NCBI GenBank assembly: GCA_000934665.2
Contig: JYFJ02000197.1
Location: forward strand, 124,001-188,000
DNA length: 64,000 nucleotides
Direction: 5' to 3'
From: Catajapyx aquilonaris
Lineage: Eukaryota
Positions within the stretch are counted from its first letter, which is position 1; each line of letters starts with the position of its first letter. The translations under genes were made by a program, and so were the position numbers. Shown here one piece after another: positions 38,857 to 53,000 of this stretch. The notes below the pieces were generated by a model that saw only the letters and a program-made list of their open reading frames with translations, ran no database searches and was not told the origin of the DNA.

Positions 38857-41800
38857 CTTTCTCTCCAAAAGAGGTCGTGTGAGTTATAGCTCTTTCTGAA
38901 CGTGCTATCTGATCCACTTTTGAAAAGGTCGATCATGGATCGTGTTGTTTATGGGGGACCTTTGATGTGAGTGCAACAGACATGGCTAAACGATTTACAA
39001 CGTAGTCAAATTATAATTTAAAATGTCACTCACAGCAAAAACGCGTTCAAGAACACATTACAGTAATTTCAACTCCTGAAAATGTCTTACTAGTTCCCTC
39101 CAGCTCCGTTTGTACATGTACGTATAATTTTAAAACTAGATCGGTTGAAGTGTAATAAGCTTTTGAACGTTGTAATAGAATTCAAAGCACTTTGCAATGC
39201 TTTATGGGCATGCAGGCTTTCATTTGATTAGTCCGATAGCTACGAATCTTGTGATCAGTAAACATGAGCAATATTGCAAGTCATGATTGGCGAGCGCGGT
39301 GCCGGGCTAAAATCATTTGGGATATAGGGTTCTGTAAAAATCCCAACGTGTTTCACGGTGTCCTATTACCCCGTTGATTACATCTTATTACGGCGCCAGT
39401 TGTTTCCTGCTTAGGGAGCCGAATCGACCTTTGGTCCTGGAAAGTCTGTTGGGAGATGGCGGCTCCTTTCGTGTCGAGGGACAGGCGTGACCCCTGGGTG
39501 ACGGATCTGTAACAAGCGTAATTACCCAGCTGCACGCAACATGCAAATTCCACCTTCTTGTCAGCCCATTCCACAAGATGGACTAATTTAAGGCCTGGGA
39601 ACATATCTCTTATGCAGGTGCCCAACACTTCACTATACACAATTTATATATCACCTCCAATTGATGAGATTTGACGAGACATGAATGGGTCAAAGAATTG
39701 TCTTTAAATATATTCTTATGGGCGATTGATCGCTAATTTTTGATAAATATTAAATGATTAGTCTAGATAATTTAGTACATAAAATCGCCTTTTAGTGTAG
39801 ACTGTAGAGAATTGGCATTTCCATTTCCATTAATCAAACTACAATTGGCTTAAATTTCTTGACGGATAAGTATGTAAGTTTGATACATCAAAGCGACTTA
39901 TCGCATACGACCATCATTTGTGTGCAACTTAATCGTGCTAAGGAGGTGCGTCTCTTACGGACAACCTTTCACTTGATAACAGTGAGAAACCTGCGCCCCG
40001 CCCAGCACAGTTTCCGTTCTGCTACGGCTCACTCCTCTACTTCTTTACAGAGAAGAAGTCAGGTGTCGGCTTCATCGGGCCCAAATTCTCCAGTCAGGCT
40101 GCTCTGATCGCTCTTTATACTTACATCGTTGGCTGCCAGTAATATGTCTGCCAGAAATTAACTTACATGAGTTTGTAAAACTTGGGATAGCACGCGCACG
40201 CTGCAGAGGGGACACACCCACACTTCACGGATTAAATGGGACATATCAAGGGGGAAATGCCAGTACGTAAAATATTTTTATGCACGTGGCGATACCCTTT
40301 TAGCTATATAACACGTGTAGTAATGCACTTAACTGAATAATATTTTTGCGACACTAGTCATGACAATCAGCATGATACGACATACGGCTCACTCCTTAAT
40401 CGAATTATGACTTCCTACTTTGATAAACTACATGCTGGACCAAGCCGTAGCTCAGAGGTACAGTAATGGCCGAGCACACGTCTTCATAATGTTGCTGTTA
40501 AAAAGTTAAGTGATGCACGGAACTGGTAGTGTAGTAATTCACGTGCTAAGTCAGGCGCCTTTTCTAACCTGTTAGTATACACAGCAGGAACATTTTGCAC
40601 TCACTGCATTGGTAGTTATCGGTATGGGTAAAAGTAGTTTTTTTCTGTTTAGTATTTCCATTGTATAGTCAACTACGCTGAAGAGTATTGTGCACTTCCC
40701 GTGGTGTGCATGACTTGAGTGCATTAACCCCAGCATGTGTTTGAAGTAAACCTGTAACACTGTATAACTCACCGGAATTACTACCGCGTCATGGAGAGGG
40801 TGTTCAAACAGTACGAGACAAGATTTGAATACAATGGCAGAATCAATTTTTCATCACTTCACTCTGCACACGGTACATCTTATATAGTCTCTTCCAGAGA
40901 GAGACGTCATACACCCAAAATGAAATTAAATCAAATCGATCCACACTGCAAGCAATGATTTCGTCAACTGGCAGGGAACAATATTATTATTCTTATTTAG
41001 TCATACAGTACTGCAATATTGTTTTTGAGCGATATGTGAAGGAATGAAGACATTAATACCTTCCAGCTAAAAATTTGTATAATAAATTGATAGTTCCTAC
41101 AGTATTTCTTCTGCTTGATTTATAAATACTAACTAAAATTCACAATAAAGAGAGTGTAAAAGTCTTTTCTGAAATGGGGTATATTACTTTGACTTTTACC
41201 AGCATTAACTGGTGTTGTCTACGCTAAACACAAGCCTGCAGTCTCGAAAATGGAGGTACATTATAGGTCCCTGTACAAATCCGCGGGTTGCCAAAATATT
41301 CTTGGGTTGATGTGGTAGTTGTAGTGCTTATTTTCTGCATCCCATAAAAGAGAAGGCATCTGCATATTTTGACAAAGTTTTATCAACCGTACTGTACTCT
41401 AAAACATTACATGGCTCATAGTATTTTTATGTGATGCATAAGCGCTCTGTGTTCGAAAATCGTTCCTTGAAGAGACCGGAGTTGACCTGAAGTTAGATGG
41501 TCATTAGTCATATAAAGCCAGGTTTTTTTAAAAAAATCTGGCTATGTACCCTACACATTCTTCATTATGAGGTACAGTTGGTATGTTGGATAATAATAAA
41601 TGGGGGATTGGTATATAGGGTTGTTGGGCCATTCATGGCCAGGTTAGTCCCTATCGAGTCCTTATGACAAAATATTTAACAACTTGTTATTTTAACATGC
41701 AAAATTGTTTTTAGGATTGCATTAAATCGAAACGAAAGACAACTAGCAAGATTTACTTGACTTACCTTTCACTTGCTAAACATAAGAAAATTAACGCCCG

Positions 41801-44800
41801 TTGTAAAACACGGCGAGGAATATGCTTCTTACGTCTAAAGCAGCCTTGAACAATATTTTCGTACCTCTTGCACACGTTTCCCTTAGACTATACAAAACAA
41901 GGATTAAATTATATAAAAATTTGTTTTCTGGATTTTCTTGTCACATAATATATCACACACAGTGCCAAGATGTTAAGCTCCTACTGTATGGAAATATAAA
42001 ATATACGAAAATGACTGCATATTGTTGGCTTACAGGTTTACAAATGAATCCACAGCAGGCGTCTAATTAAATTTTAATTCACTTACTCATTTATCAAGGT
42101 TATCACTTTCGTTATTATTACCACCGAGTTATGAAGAAAAAAGTAGTACTCTCTCAGAGTCGTACCTGCTTGATGGCTCTATCCTTCAACATGCGACCCT
42201 TTCATGTACGCACTAATTCAAAACACGCTAAAACGAACAAGTATAGCAGTGTGGCCAATAAATCATAATTAATGTGCGGCCAGTCTTAACAACCGGCACA
42301 TGTCCTACGGTTTCTTTCATTCTCCAAGTGCAGGTTATTCCAGCGAAACAATAAATAAGCAACTCCATGCTCCCAAAAAAATGCACTGTTCCCTCCAAAA
42401 AATCCTGACCTCCTCCGAACCACTTTTTACCTCCACCCTTGACCTCGAGGAACAAAAAAAGGTCGGCTACAGAGCAGTGATTAATTAATAAAGAGCTTGA
42501 ACCAGTTTCGTTAATTTAAATTAATACCCCGTCAGTGTCGCCACCCACCGGGTTTTTAAAAATCCACCGTCTATTTTCGTGGCATCAAATCAGGTTATTA
42601 GGCAGTTGTGGATCTAGCTGAAAGGAATGAGGAAAGGAACTAAGTGGGAATGCCTAATTATTAATTTCCCCCTGCTAAGAATGTCGTGATTCCGACCGCT
42701 GTTTGTCACGACGAAACAGCTGGAGCCTCGTTTGCAACATATGCTGTCTTGACTAATCATTTACATCCTACTACGTGTAGCACATACTCACCAGAATGTG
42801 TCTATAATTGGCATAATTTGTAGTAGGGACTGAAACGCAATTATAAAACGAATGGTCATACACTTAGGAATGTCAGTTCGCAAATTATATATTTTGACTG
42901 ATCCCATATCGAAGAAGGCGTGGGGTTTAAAAAATGAAATCGTGACAAACTACCCCGTAGTGTCGATGCATGTAGGGGGTCCCACCCCCTCCGGACTAGG
43001 CCCAGCACCTGGCGAACGTGGGAGGTCCTCCACCACCCGCTATCACCCCAACCATGGTCCCGGCTCCTCTTTCGCGCCATCCCTGACAAATAAGGCCCAT
43101 CCAGCGCTATAAACTCGGGGGCCCTACGGGTTATAAATGCTCTCGTTTATCCGCGCCTTTGGACGCTCATCTGCGCCTCATTCTTCGGGATGAAGCCTCC
43201 TGGAGTGCCCACCGGATGGATCTGACGTAGACTTTCGATTGCAGATGGTGGGGACCTTTCCACACCACCTTTTCATAGAGCAAGATGCTTTTTGAATAAT
43301 GTTTTATTCTATTAAGGGATTAACAGTCTGACAACAATGTCGGCTTGGGGGGCTTCATCTAGCTAGGTAAATGCATTTCTGAAATGGAAAGAAACATTGC
43401 ATTAATATTGTTGTTAAAATGCATTTTGTTTTCAAATATTTCTTGACCAGTACAGGTCAAGCACTGGATTAGCCTACACCATGCCTAACTCGGCTTCAAC
43501 CTTTATCATTCTGCCGATCAGGTTTGCATATAGGTCACCTTCTGATATCAGGGTTGGAGTCAGCTTTGCCAAATTTTGCATGGTGGTAGGGCATGACCAG
43601 GTGGCGGTTGTAGGGCGGCCTACTAGTCCTACCAGTCATGATTCGGTCAGAGAAGACATCAATTCTTAGAAAAATGGGTATGAAATTGTATTAAAATGGA
43701 TATTCCACCAGGAATGGGCACAAAATGAGCATAAAGCACAAAAATAGCATAGAGGTGTGTCAGATTGTTGCTCGTGTACCACGTAACACTGAGTTGCCCG
43801 TTCTAGTGGCACGTAAATACCAGAATGGCGTCATTTTCCAGACAACCTCTGTCACCCTTGTAAGTGGCGCCAATTTGATCCCCCAAAAAATCGCACGTAG
43901 TCATGAAGCTGGACCCGCATTTCATTTCACCATTACTCTCACTGCCGCTGCCAAGAAATTGAAGAGTCGAATCATTTCCCTCTTGAAAGTGTCATCCAGA
44001 CAAATGACAGGCCAGAATGAGCGGTGGGCATACAAAATAGGCCAGCGCGACACACGACGCGACCGGTGAGAGTTGCGGAAGACACTTCGAGCCAAGAAGA
44101 CATGTCGGATACAAATGGCAATCTCTTCTTTTGGCTAGACCCCTATTCGGTCACGGCCGTGTAAGCATCGGGGCTGCATTAGCAGATGATAAATCACTCC
44201 CTCGAACGTAACTTCTTTCTCTCTCTAAGACTCAAGTGGGGGGGATATATTTAATTACCACCTATGCCACATGTGGTCCGATGACTACAGTCGGATTGCA
44301 TTTGGAATGAGCGGGAATGACTTCATTCGCTGGGATCGTGACGAGATTATTGGACATCCTACATAAGTCTGCAATGACGTGTGCACTTGCGAGTCAGGAA
44401 ACTACGACACAATTTATTGGCTCTCGATCCGGAAGTTATTTTTTGTGAGTCTAGCACCTTGGAAAGTTTTGAAAGAAAAAAAAAGGGTGAAAAAGTCTCC
44501 CCCCTTTACTCGCTGCTCCGGGTAAAAAATTGAAGTTATGCATGGTAATAGGCCACTAAAGTCCCTTTCCTCCACCACCTCTTCCCCCACTCGTAAATCT
44601 TGATTCTCTCAAGCGATAAGCGAGACTGTACCTGGCTATAGTGCAGAATTTAAATCGCTTGTTGAGGCCGCGATTTATGTTCCTGTTCTTTTTTTCCCCT
44701 TTCTTCTTCTTCTTCTTGGTCGTCTCTTGCTTTTGCCTCGACCCCCCTTTGCTCCCGTCTACTTCTAGTCCTTCTCCCAAAAAAAAATTCCAAACACTTC

Positions 44801-47800
44801 GAGTATAAGGGTTCAAAGTGCAGATTTTTATGAAATGAAAATGAAAATTCGGAACTGACACTAGAATGCAGGCCGTGCAACATAAATCATGCTCGAGATG
44901 TAATAACTGTTAATTTAATCGCTACTTTGAGAAGCTAATTATTTTAATGCGCTACATGGAACCATAGTTTATGTACAGTGAAATTGTTAATTGCAGTGGA
45001 CATTAACTACACATATTTTTAATTCTGGACTAATATGAATGTCAAAATTTGCTATGGAATATTTTAGCGAATTATTATTTTCATATCTGTGAAATGTTTA
45101 GCAATTGGTCCTCTTGATTATTTTTTTGGACTCACTCAAAAAATGGCGAATCCTCTTTCTTTTTTCTCACAAGCCGGACAGCTTGACTCCGGGAAACCCG
45201 AAACACAGGCGGGCCAGCTCGCAAGGGGCCAACGTCATTCATCAACCTGGGCCAAAGTTCCCTCACCTTTTTGGCGACAAGGGGCGCCGGCCGCACTCCT
45301 TTGTGCACGAGTAATTAAAACTTCTTCCGTGTCAATGAGTTATTGATGCCCCCACCGAGCCAACCGGATTCCCCCCTTTGTCGTGACCTGAGTTTGCCCA
45401 TTCGCCGGACTTTTTAAAATGCCACTTGCAAACAAGAAGATGACGATGATGTAAAGCTGTTTTGCTGATCTAGGTACTATTAAACCCAGCCTTGGACATG
45501 TCCTTCTTTATTAATAAAAAAAATCGGACAACTGTTTCGATGTCGATCCTTACAAATATATATATCTTCAGGTCACCCGATGTGACATAAGTTTGACGTC
45601 ATAAGTTCTTGAAACCGAACCAAGGTCAGATTGTACCTCATGTTGATTAATGGAGCTACGCGATCAGCCGTATTACAATGGGCTAGTTTTTAGTCATGAA
45701 GTCATGAACCAGATCACCATGATCCGGATTAACTTAATGGTATAGAATTAGTAGACCGATTAAGGTCGTTTTTTAACCAATTGGCGCTACGATCGTGATA
45801 TATCCGACCGTGATTTTGTCTGTATACGGAACATCGACTGGTGAGGACCCCTAAAAAAGTGGGCTAGACGAATAAATAATATGTCCATCCATCATTCTGC
45901 CACATTTCAAGGGCGCCGCTACCCATCCTCGCCCACATTCTCCGGAATGCGGTCATAATTCAATGTCATCACTGCGGAAACAAAGATTGGACGCGCATGG
46001 ACGACGGTTGGTGCCCATCGCGTCCAAAATGGCCGCGGCTGATCCATTTCTCTCGCATTCCGCATATATCAGTTGGTGGAATTCGCGACCCGCTGAGACA
46101 AACACTGCTCGTTTTTACTTACGGGGTGTTGTTAATTGAAATGAAGTGCAATGAGCGGCAGTTTAATGGTGGAAATGTGTGGCCCAACCCAGCGTCCGTA
46201 AAAGAGCTGGGACAAAAGGCGTGATGAATTGCGCCTAATTTATTGTCTTTCTTATTAACCTCCGCCCAGATTTTGATGTCCGGAGACAGACTCGGCCATG
46301 CATTCTTGAGGGGTAATGTGGCCTGCTGTTGTGTGTGTCTTGTATTGTGCAGGGTGTGTCGGATGTGCGGGGCTTATTCGGAAATCACACCACTTATCAA
46401 TATTTATGGCGGTGGGCATCGTAGAAGAAAATAGGGGAAGTACCGTACTGTGTTGTGTGAAAATTGTTTTTAGTGGTTTTTATTGAGAAGGTAATTTGTG
46501 TAAGTCAGGTTCCGTACAGATTATTTTTTGTTGTTGTAAGTTAATTTCAGTTGAATTCCATTTTAAAAAGGTGTGTTTAAGCTCATGGATTTCTGAATTA
46601 ACAATCAGGTCTTCAATACATCGATTCGTTTGGCATTTACACCAAATTGGTGTAAAAGTTCAAAAATCTTTTCATGCGGTAGTAGACTACGATATCCCTA
46701 TACTACAGTAAATCTTTGCTAAATTCTGTAGCATACTGAAAGCATCATGCTAATAAAAGCCCTTTTTTTCCTCTGCTGAATGGAACAGATACACTTTTCT
46801 TAAATTATTAAGTACCGATAACTGTTCTGATTGACGACAGATTCTACGTGAGTCCATTGATGTCTTTGTACACTGTATAATAGATACACCAAGAGGTTGG
46901 TGTCGCAAACAAGTGAAATTGATCTGTGATTAATAGTCTAGTTACTTGCAACTGCAGATGTATACCCACCACTATATGCATAACTTGTGCAGTGGAGACA
47001 AACCATAATTCGCAAAATGACCATTTATATGAATGGCACAGATATCTAAGAAGCATAAAATGAAATACATACAAGAAATTTTCGGGATAATTCGCGTGCG
47101 GTAATTTTTGTCTATCTGTAAAATTGCATAATAATTATATCACATGATATTTGGCTTTCCACACCGCCCTCTCCTCAATGGCTCTGGGTAGGTAAATACG
47201 TAATTTATGGAGTGTTTACCCTGGCAATAAATTAAATAAGAGAACTGTTTCTCACGACTTCATTCACCTGCGATTGTTGCGTCTCGCTACACTGTTTGCA
47301 GCCAGGAGTGAACTTATCCATAACTTCTTCCTCTCACGCGCTATTCATTTCGATGCATGGTCAATGCGCAACCCTGTACAACTTCCCACTGCAATTAATT
47401 GTACGGAGAAATTTCTTCGTAATAACACCACGCTGTAACACAAGTTGCAAAGGTAAAGAATATAAAATTAATGACGCTAAAATGAACCACGATTCTTCCG
47501 TACATTGAGCCGCACCTGAAACTTGAACTGGTTCCTTCCCACACACTGAGATGGCAGCAGCTACTAGACTACCACCACTAGTAAACGCTACTAGATGTAA
47601 TAGAAAGGTCACTAGTCTAATTCGATATTGCAAATCTGATGTGGCCACACACTTGCAAATATTTCATTTATATTATATAATATGCAAGATCACCACCCTG
47701 GAATATTGTTGCGCCGTGTGGCAGGAATATGCCAGTTTTTGGGTGGAAAGCTCCTCTCTTGATGTTCTCCTGTTAGTCTGCGGTTAGGGGCGGATTCTTA

Positions 47801-48952
47801 CTCCCAGAAATCAATTAAAAATGCTCGGCACGTTTGAAACTCACAAAAAAAACATCTACTGCTATAAAATTGTGGGGATCAGGGTACCATAAAACTAGCA
47901 AGTAGTTGAATCAAATAGTCGCTCATCCTGATTGCGATGATGGATCACGCCGTAATGACACTCCCCATTGTGTTTTCATCAAAGTAGCTTCAGTACCCCT
48001 ATTTGTGACTGCGCTTTTCATAATGACGTACTAATTTTAGTGCATAAATTGCCAATTAATACCGGTATATTGCAGCAAACACATGTGTAGTAAGCACAAT
48101 AAATGTATGGAGTGCACATTCAGGTATTTACGACAGCTCTTCGGACGACATTAACGTCAAACCGGGTTACACGTGCCTTCCTCTTTATCCTGGGAATTAT
48201 GCTTTTTGTAAGGCAGGCCAAATGCCATGTTCTCAACCAGTACGCTTAGCCACCGGAGAACGATACTGTTTCGTACCTGCATTAAACTAAACAAAAAATG
48301 ATCTCAAAGTGAATGACACTTAATAAATGTTTAATAATATCACTCTAAAATAATTTACACTTAATTTCGATGGGATAATTACAATTAAACACGCGGTCTT
48401 CCGTACTTGATAGCACCAGTGGACTATATTAATTTATTAGCACAGTTGTGCATATAGGTCATAAGCTCATAACATAAGAATTGCTACAAAATAGTCGGCA
48501 GACACTCGTAATATGTCGTAATTTTATTATTATTTTGAAACAAAGTTGTGCCTGCTAGTGTCCTCATTCCAGCTTGACCAATGCACGTATTGCAATAATT
48601 ACATCTTTCATAACGATCCAGACGCAAAGCTATTATTTCATACACAGGGCATAGGAAAACCTCATTATAACACCTTTCATTTCTGCATAAAATGCAGTGC
48701 GAATTGTCTCACTGACATCTGCCTGCACTCGCAGCCTACAAATTAGTGTATGGTCAACTTTCTCTCGCCTGTATCACTTGCTACACCTATTACCTAGCCA
48801 GAAGAGAACAAAGAATTAAAACCACCACTCCTGACACTGTTATTAATATGCAGGTATCCCCCTGTAACCCCTTGGGTCCGGTCGCAGCATCTTCCTAAGG
48901 GCGTCACTTGAGGCGCCGACCGGTGCGGGCGAGGCCATTATTTTTTGCCCTT

Positions 48953-49009
48953 TTCCCACGACACTATAGCTGCCCACGCATTCTCACGTCATGCGTGGGT
49001 CTTCACACA
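48953..49009. promoter_or_regulatory. Cluster of Su(H)/CSL-type sites (candidate Notch-responsive element)
   Basis: TTCCCACG (48953-48960) and TTCTCACG (48981-48988) are perfect YGTGRGAA matches on minus. TGCCCACG (48971-48978) and TTCACACA (49002-49009) are near matches. All four lie within 57 bp. Confidence 0.35.
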
Positions 49010-49111
49010 TGTAACTTACACACTCGCTCTCACTTATTGCAGTCAAGTTTGCTCGTTATTTAAACCGCGCAAGTATTTCCAGCTTTTACGTTCGTAATTG
49101 GCCTCCAAGGT

Positions 49112-49132
49112 CCCCCCCCCCCNCCCCCCCCC
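49112..49132. repeat. Poly-C tract containing an N (49123); unresolved homopolymer or contig join
   Basis: C11-N-C9 read directly from the sequence. Confidence 0.85.
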
Positions 49133-49702
49133 ACCTCCTCTTAATAATAAACGTTGGTGAAGTCAGGATTTTTTGGGTAATACTGGATAGGTAGGCCTAT
49201 ATTTCGCTCCGCCCAATGTTGAAAACGTGCAACTGCACCTTCTCATATATAACCTTTCTCATGAACTTTTTTTCCACCTCCACCCTCCTTCGCCACCCCC
49301 TGGAAAGCATCGTGAATACTGAGAAGCTATGTAAGGTCGCTATTAACACACGGCACGCAACAACCATATCACATCTTTTCCTAACCTATTTCAGGTATTT
49401 AAGCCATGTTTCTGAAGAGCATTATCACCACCTTCTATGTGTGTCAGTCGTGAATTTGGTGCTGCGCTACTGAGCTTGGTTTGCCATGTTGAATAAATTT
49501 ATTTGTAACGTTTGGAAAGGATTTATGAGCCATTTTGAACTTTGTGTCAGCTACTTTAATGCTACTTTAATTAATTTATATTTTCCTGTAATATCGCAAT
49601 TAATGTAGAGATTTCAGACCACCCGTCTAATTGCAAAATTTTATGTTGTAAAATTAATAATTTTTCTTTCCGCGTTTTAATGTACAGTACCGTAGTTCCT
49701 TA

Positions 49703-49718
49703 TTTATTCCTATTTATT
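49703..49718 (-). terminator. Two candidate AATAAA polyadenylation signals for the BTB-BACK-TLDc gene
   Basis: TTTATT on + at 49703-49708 and 49713-49718, about 110-125 nt downstream of the stop, in an AT-rich region. Confidence 0.45.
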
Positions 49719-49826
49719 TTAAGAAATTTGAGAAGAGAAGTGTTCTTTTAGGCAATAATATTCTTCGCACAAAATGGATTTCTCAAGTACATCTTTTTAT
49801 ACAAATTGCAAGGCGAACATTACCTT

Positions 49827-50010
49827 TCACTTAGACATTGGCGTGTACACTTCGTAGTCGAGGACAGTGAAGTTATAGTCACCCATCAGGGTTGTACTGG
49901 ATGCGCCTTCCCCATCGTAAGAATGAGGCAAGTTGGAATAACTGTCCATGTTTGTATTGCAATTGTTGGCCAAAAGAAGGTCAGCACCGGCCCCAAATAT
50001 GGGTCCACAA
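49827..50010 (-). CDS. Last coding exon, TLDc C-terminus: (D)CGPIFGAGADLLLANNCNTNMDSYSNLPHSYDGEGASSTTLMGDYNFTVLDYEVYTPMSK*
   Basis: Acceptor ttacag|. TLDc 'GP.FG.G.DL' and terminal 'F.V..YEVY' motifs. TGA at 49827-49829. Confidence 0.95.
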
Positions 50011-53000
50011 CTGTAACCCCCCCAAAAAAACAGAATAAGTTGGAGTCGCTCTTGAATAGCTGTTTCTACTAAAACAAGACCTTGTTACTTACTCAGGATG
50101 ATAACAAACGGCGAACATTTTCTTAACAATGTCGAATTTCATCGGGTTGGATCCCTGAGCATTGCACAAAGAGAAGAGGTAAGCTTTGTCCGAAGCGACA
50201 TAGTGACCCTTAAATGAAGTCTTTCCCCAGGGCACGTCGCTGAAACCACCGCAGATTTCGCCATGAGTTCCCAACACTACGACATAGGTAGGTGCGATAC
50301 CGTCGCAGTGTCGGTGAAAATTATCGGCTGAAAATCCGTGCGTCGATGCTTGAAAAATCATCCTCCATCCTTGTTTCGGGCTCCCATACCACGAGTTCAG
50401 AGCTCTTTGGAACGAGTTCTTATCCTTTAAAAAATGAGGACAGTAAGATTACGATTCCCCTCACGTGAATACTCAGACCTACCTGTAACAAAATCCGTGA
50501 GCCTGGAAATAGTTTGAGCGACATCCGTGGCTGTAACCGTTTGTCTTCGGACTGCTCCCGGAATTTATTAGGAAGAGCTGCATATCTGTATCTTTCCAGG
50601 CTTAACTCCATGGGTACTGCACCTGTCGGCTCCACTTCTTCTGCAAACACCTGGCTATCTGAAAAATTCGTCAACTCCTTTAAATAACTGTAATTAAAAA
50701 ATCATAATTGGCGCCAATAATTCTCCATCCCCTGTTAGTTCCTCCCATTCCCGCATCAGCGCTCTTTCTCAGAGCAACCCAACTCTGCCATCTGTTGAGC
50801 TATCCCAAAAGTACGTTGTACTGTACGCACTAGATTTGAAATCCGGCTTGTGCAGCATCAGGTAGTGTGTTCAAGCAGGATAATTAGGTTTTGGCTCGGC
50901 AGCTTATGCAATATTACAGAACAGTTTTCAGCAGGCGACAGTGCAGGCGCCTGAATGAGCATCAGCCCAGCCATATCACAAACCGCGTAATATTTATGAA
51001 CGGATCATCCCTCAGCCTCCTCATGTCCACCCCCCAGGAAATCATAAATTTTCAACCAGGTTTGCTCTCTCCTGGAATCTTGCCGACGACTTAAAACTCA
51101 ATTTGTATTCATCCAGGGGCATGTTTTATTAAATGAGCACAAAGTCGCGATATAGAAGACGTGAGAAAAACAGGACTTGGGCGAAACCCTTAATGGGATT
51201 ATTGACAATCCAGTCAGAGCGAATCTTGTCAGCAGAAGCCAGTCCTAGTCCCTTTGTCCTCCTGTTACAAATCCCTTAGTCTCAGGAGTGTGCTCACAAA
51301 GGCAGAATCAGGAGTAATCATCCAACTTGTCCTTCCATTAAGGACACCCTCCTCAAAAACTAATCAACTTTTCCTCCTTGTCACCATCGTATTTAGCCCG
51401 ATCCGAAATTCCTATTGTTGTACCCCCATACCTATAAGCAGTAGCCGGACGTGGTTGATGACCCCAGAAAGTTGCTGGCAGACGCTGACCCTTTCCTGCT
51501 CGGTCCAATGGGCTGTCGGCTGGGTCACCCCAGCTTGGAACTTGGCCCAATCCAGCATGGCTCGCCAAACATCCTCCTCTTCCACGGCCAACTGAACAGG
51601 AAATAATTGATTTCATATCGACCACCATCCGTTCCCAGAAAAAAAAACCCCACAGAAGGGTATGAACTCACATAATCAGATGAGATAAGTTTGATGACAG
51701 CTTCTTTGGACAAGTTGAGGAACGAGTTGGTTTTGAAGGTTTCAGTCGCGTTCTCTCCAATGTAGGCGATGCAACGGTCCACGAAACCCTTGCTGCCTTT
51801 GCTGCCTGCGAAAATATATGTCGTTTCTGAGTGCACTTATTTATAACAAAGCGGTAGGGCTGGGGAGAAGTTGAGACATTTTCCGAGCGCAGCTGGAACA
51901 GATCTCTTAAGTCAGACATAATTGATTTAGAGAATCCTCGTGTACAGTCTGTCTACAAAGCACATTTTGGCCCAAACCGCTACACAACAATGCACTACGA
52001 TAAGCGGTTATATCACACATTTTTCCAACGTTGGAATCACGGTGGAGACCCCCTCGTTAGCATCACCTAATCTGCATTTGACTATCATTACTTTCCCCGC
52101 AAATCGCATTTAGCAGGCAACGAATTTCGGTCCTTTGCGCCCCAAAACGCAGTGAAAGAGAGAAAAAGCTACATGATGAGCATTTCCCAGCGGAGACATT
52201 TTGGATTCGCTACCACCTCGGCCCTGTTTTCTCCCCCTCCACACATCCAATCTCCCCCCACAGGGCGCCATTTTCCATCAACTTTCCCTCTCCCCTCGGC
52301 CCGGGTATTGATCAAAGAATCCCCCAAAACCACGCGCTCGGGCCTTTCCAGACCGGCATCAAATAACTCAAACACCGGCCTCCAGACTCATCGCATGCAC
52401 ATACAGAGCACATTAGTGTGGATAACGCGAATCAGTCTGCGTATAGGTGGAAGGGTTCCAAAAAAAAGTGGTGGCCCATTCCCAAACTTCACAGTTCATC
52501 AACAGGGTCGTAAAATCCTAATGGCCTGTAATCAACGGGGTAGTGGGACACAATATCGCAGATCGCGGATATTCGGGGATCCGCTTTTAAATAGGGTGAT
52601 GGGATGAGAGATAGATTCATTTTTTGGGGGGATGGGAGCCATGTTTTAGAGTCATTTTTGCAAGCCATAGGAAGTTCTTATGGATGAATAGATACGGTGT
52701 ACATTTATGTGGATTAGTCCACTTCTGTAGCCCTTCAAGGTAGGGTAGCTTCCAACTGAGCGTGTATGGCAACATAGGGTTTGGCTTGGCAGGAGTGTAA
52801 CAGGGATTTCATTTAGGTGTAAGCAGGGGGTCAACCACCCATTGAGCCTTCCCTAAACCAGCTGAAAAGCGAAAATACTAAAGTTGTTTATGGGTTGGTT
52901 TCCCTCTCTCCACTAATATCCCAAAATCGTGTGTAGTGCATGTGTATACAGACAGTATTTCCTCCGTAAGCGCGACATATGCGTGACAGGAAAATACTGC

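Noticed and set aside
40444..40463. tRNA/SINE A-box-like GCCGTAGCTCAGAGGTACAG
   Set aside because: No B box, cloverleaf or TSD follows.
40767..40863. Minus-strand exon ending in CG|GTGAGT
   Set aside because: Poor acceptor and no convincing coding frame; an isolated donor match is expected by chance.
44700..44775. (GAA)n run on minus as a possible RTE tail
   Set aside because: No TSD and only vague upstream similarity; treated as a simple microsatellite.
52152..52607. 151-aa + strand ORF
   Set aside because: Intronic antisense, non-ATG start, no recognisable domain.
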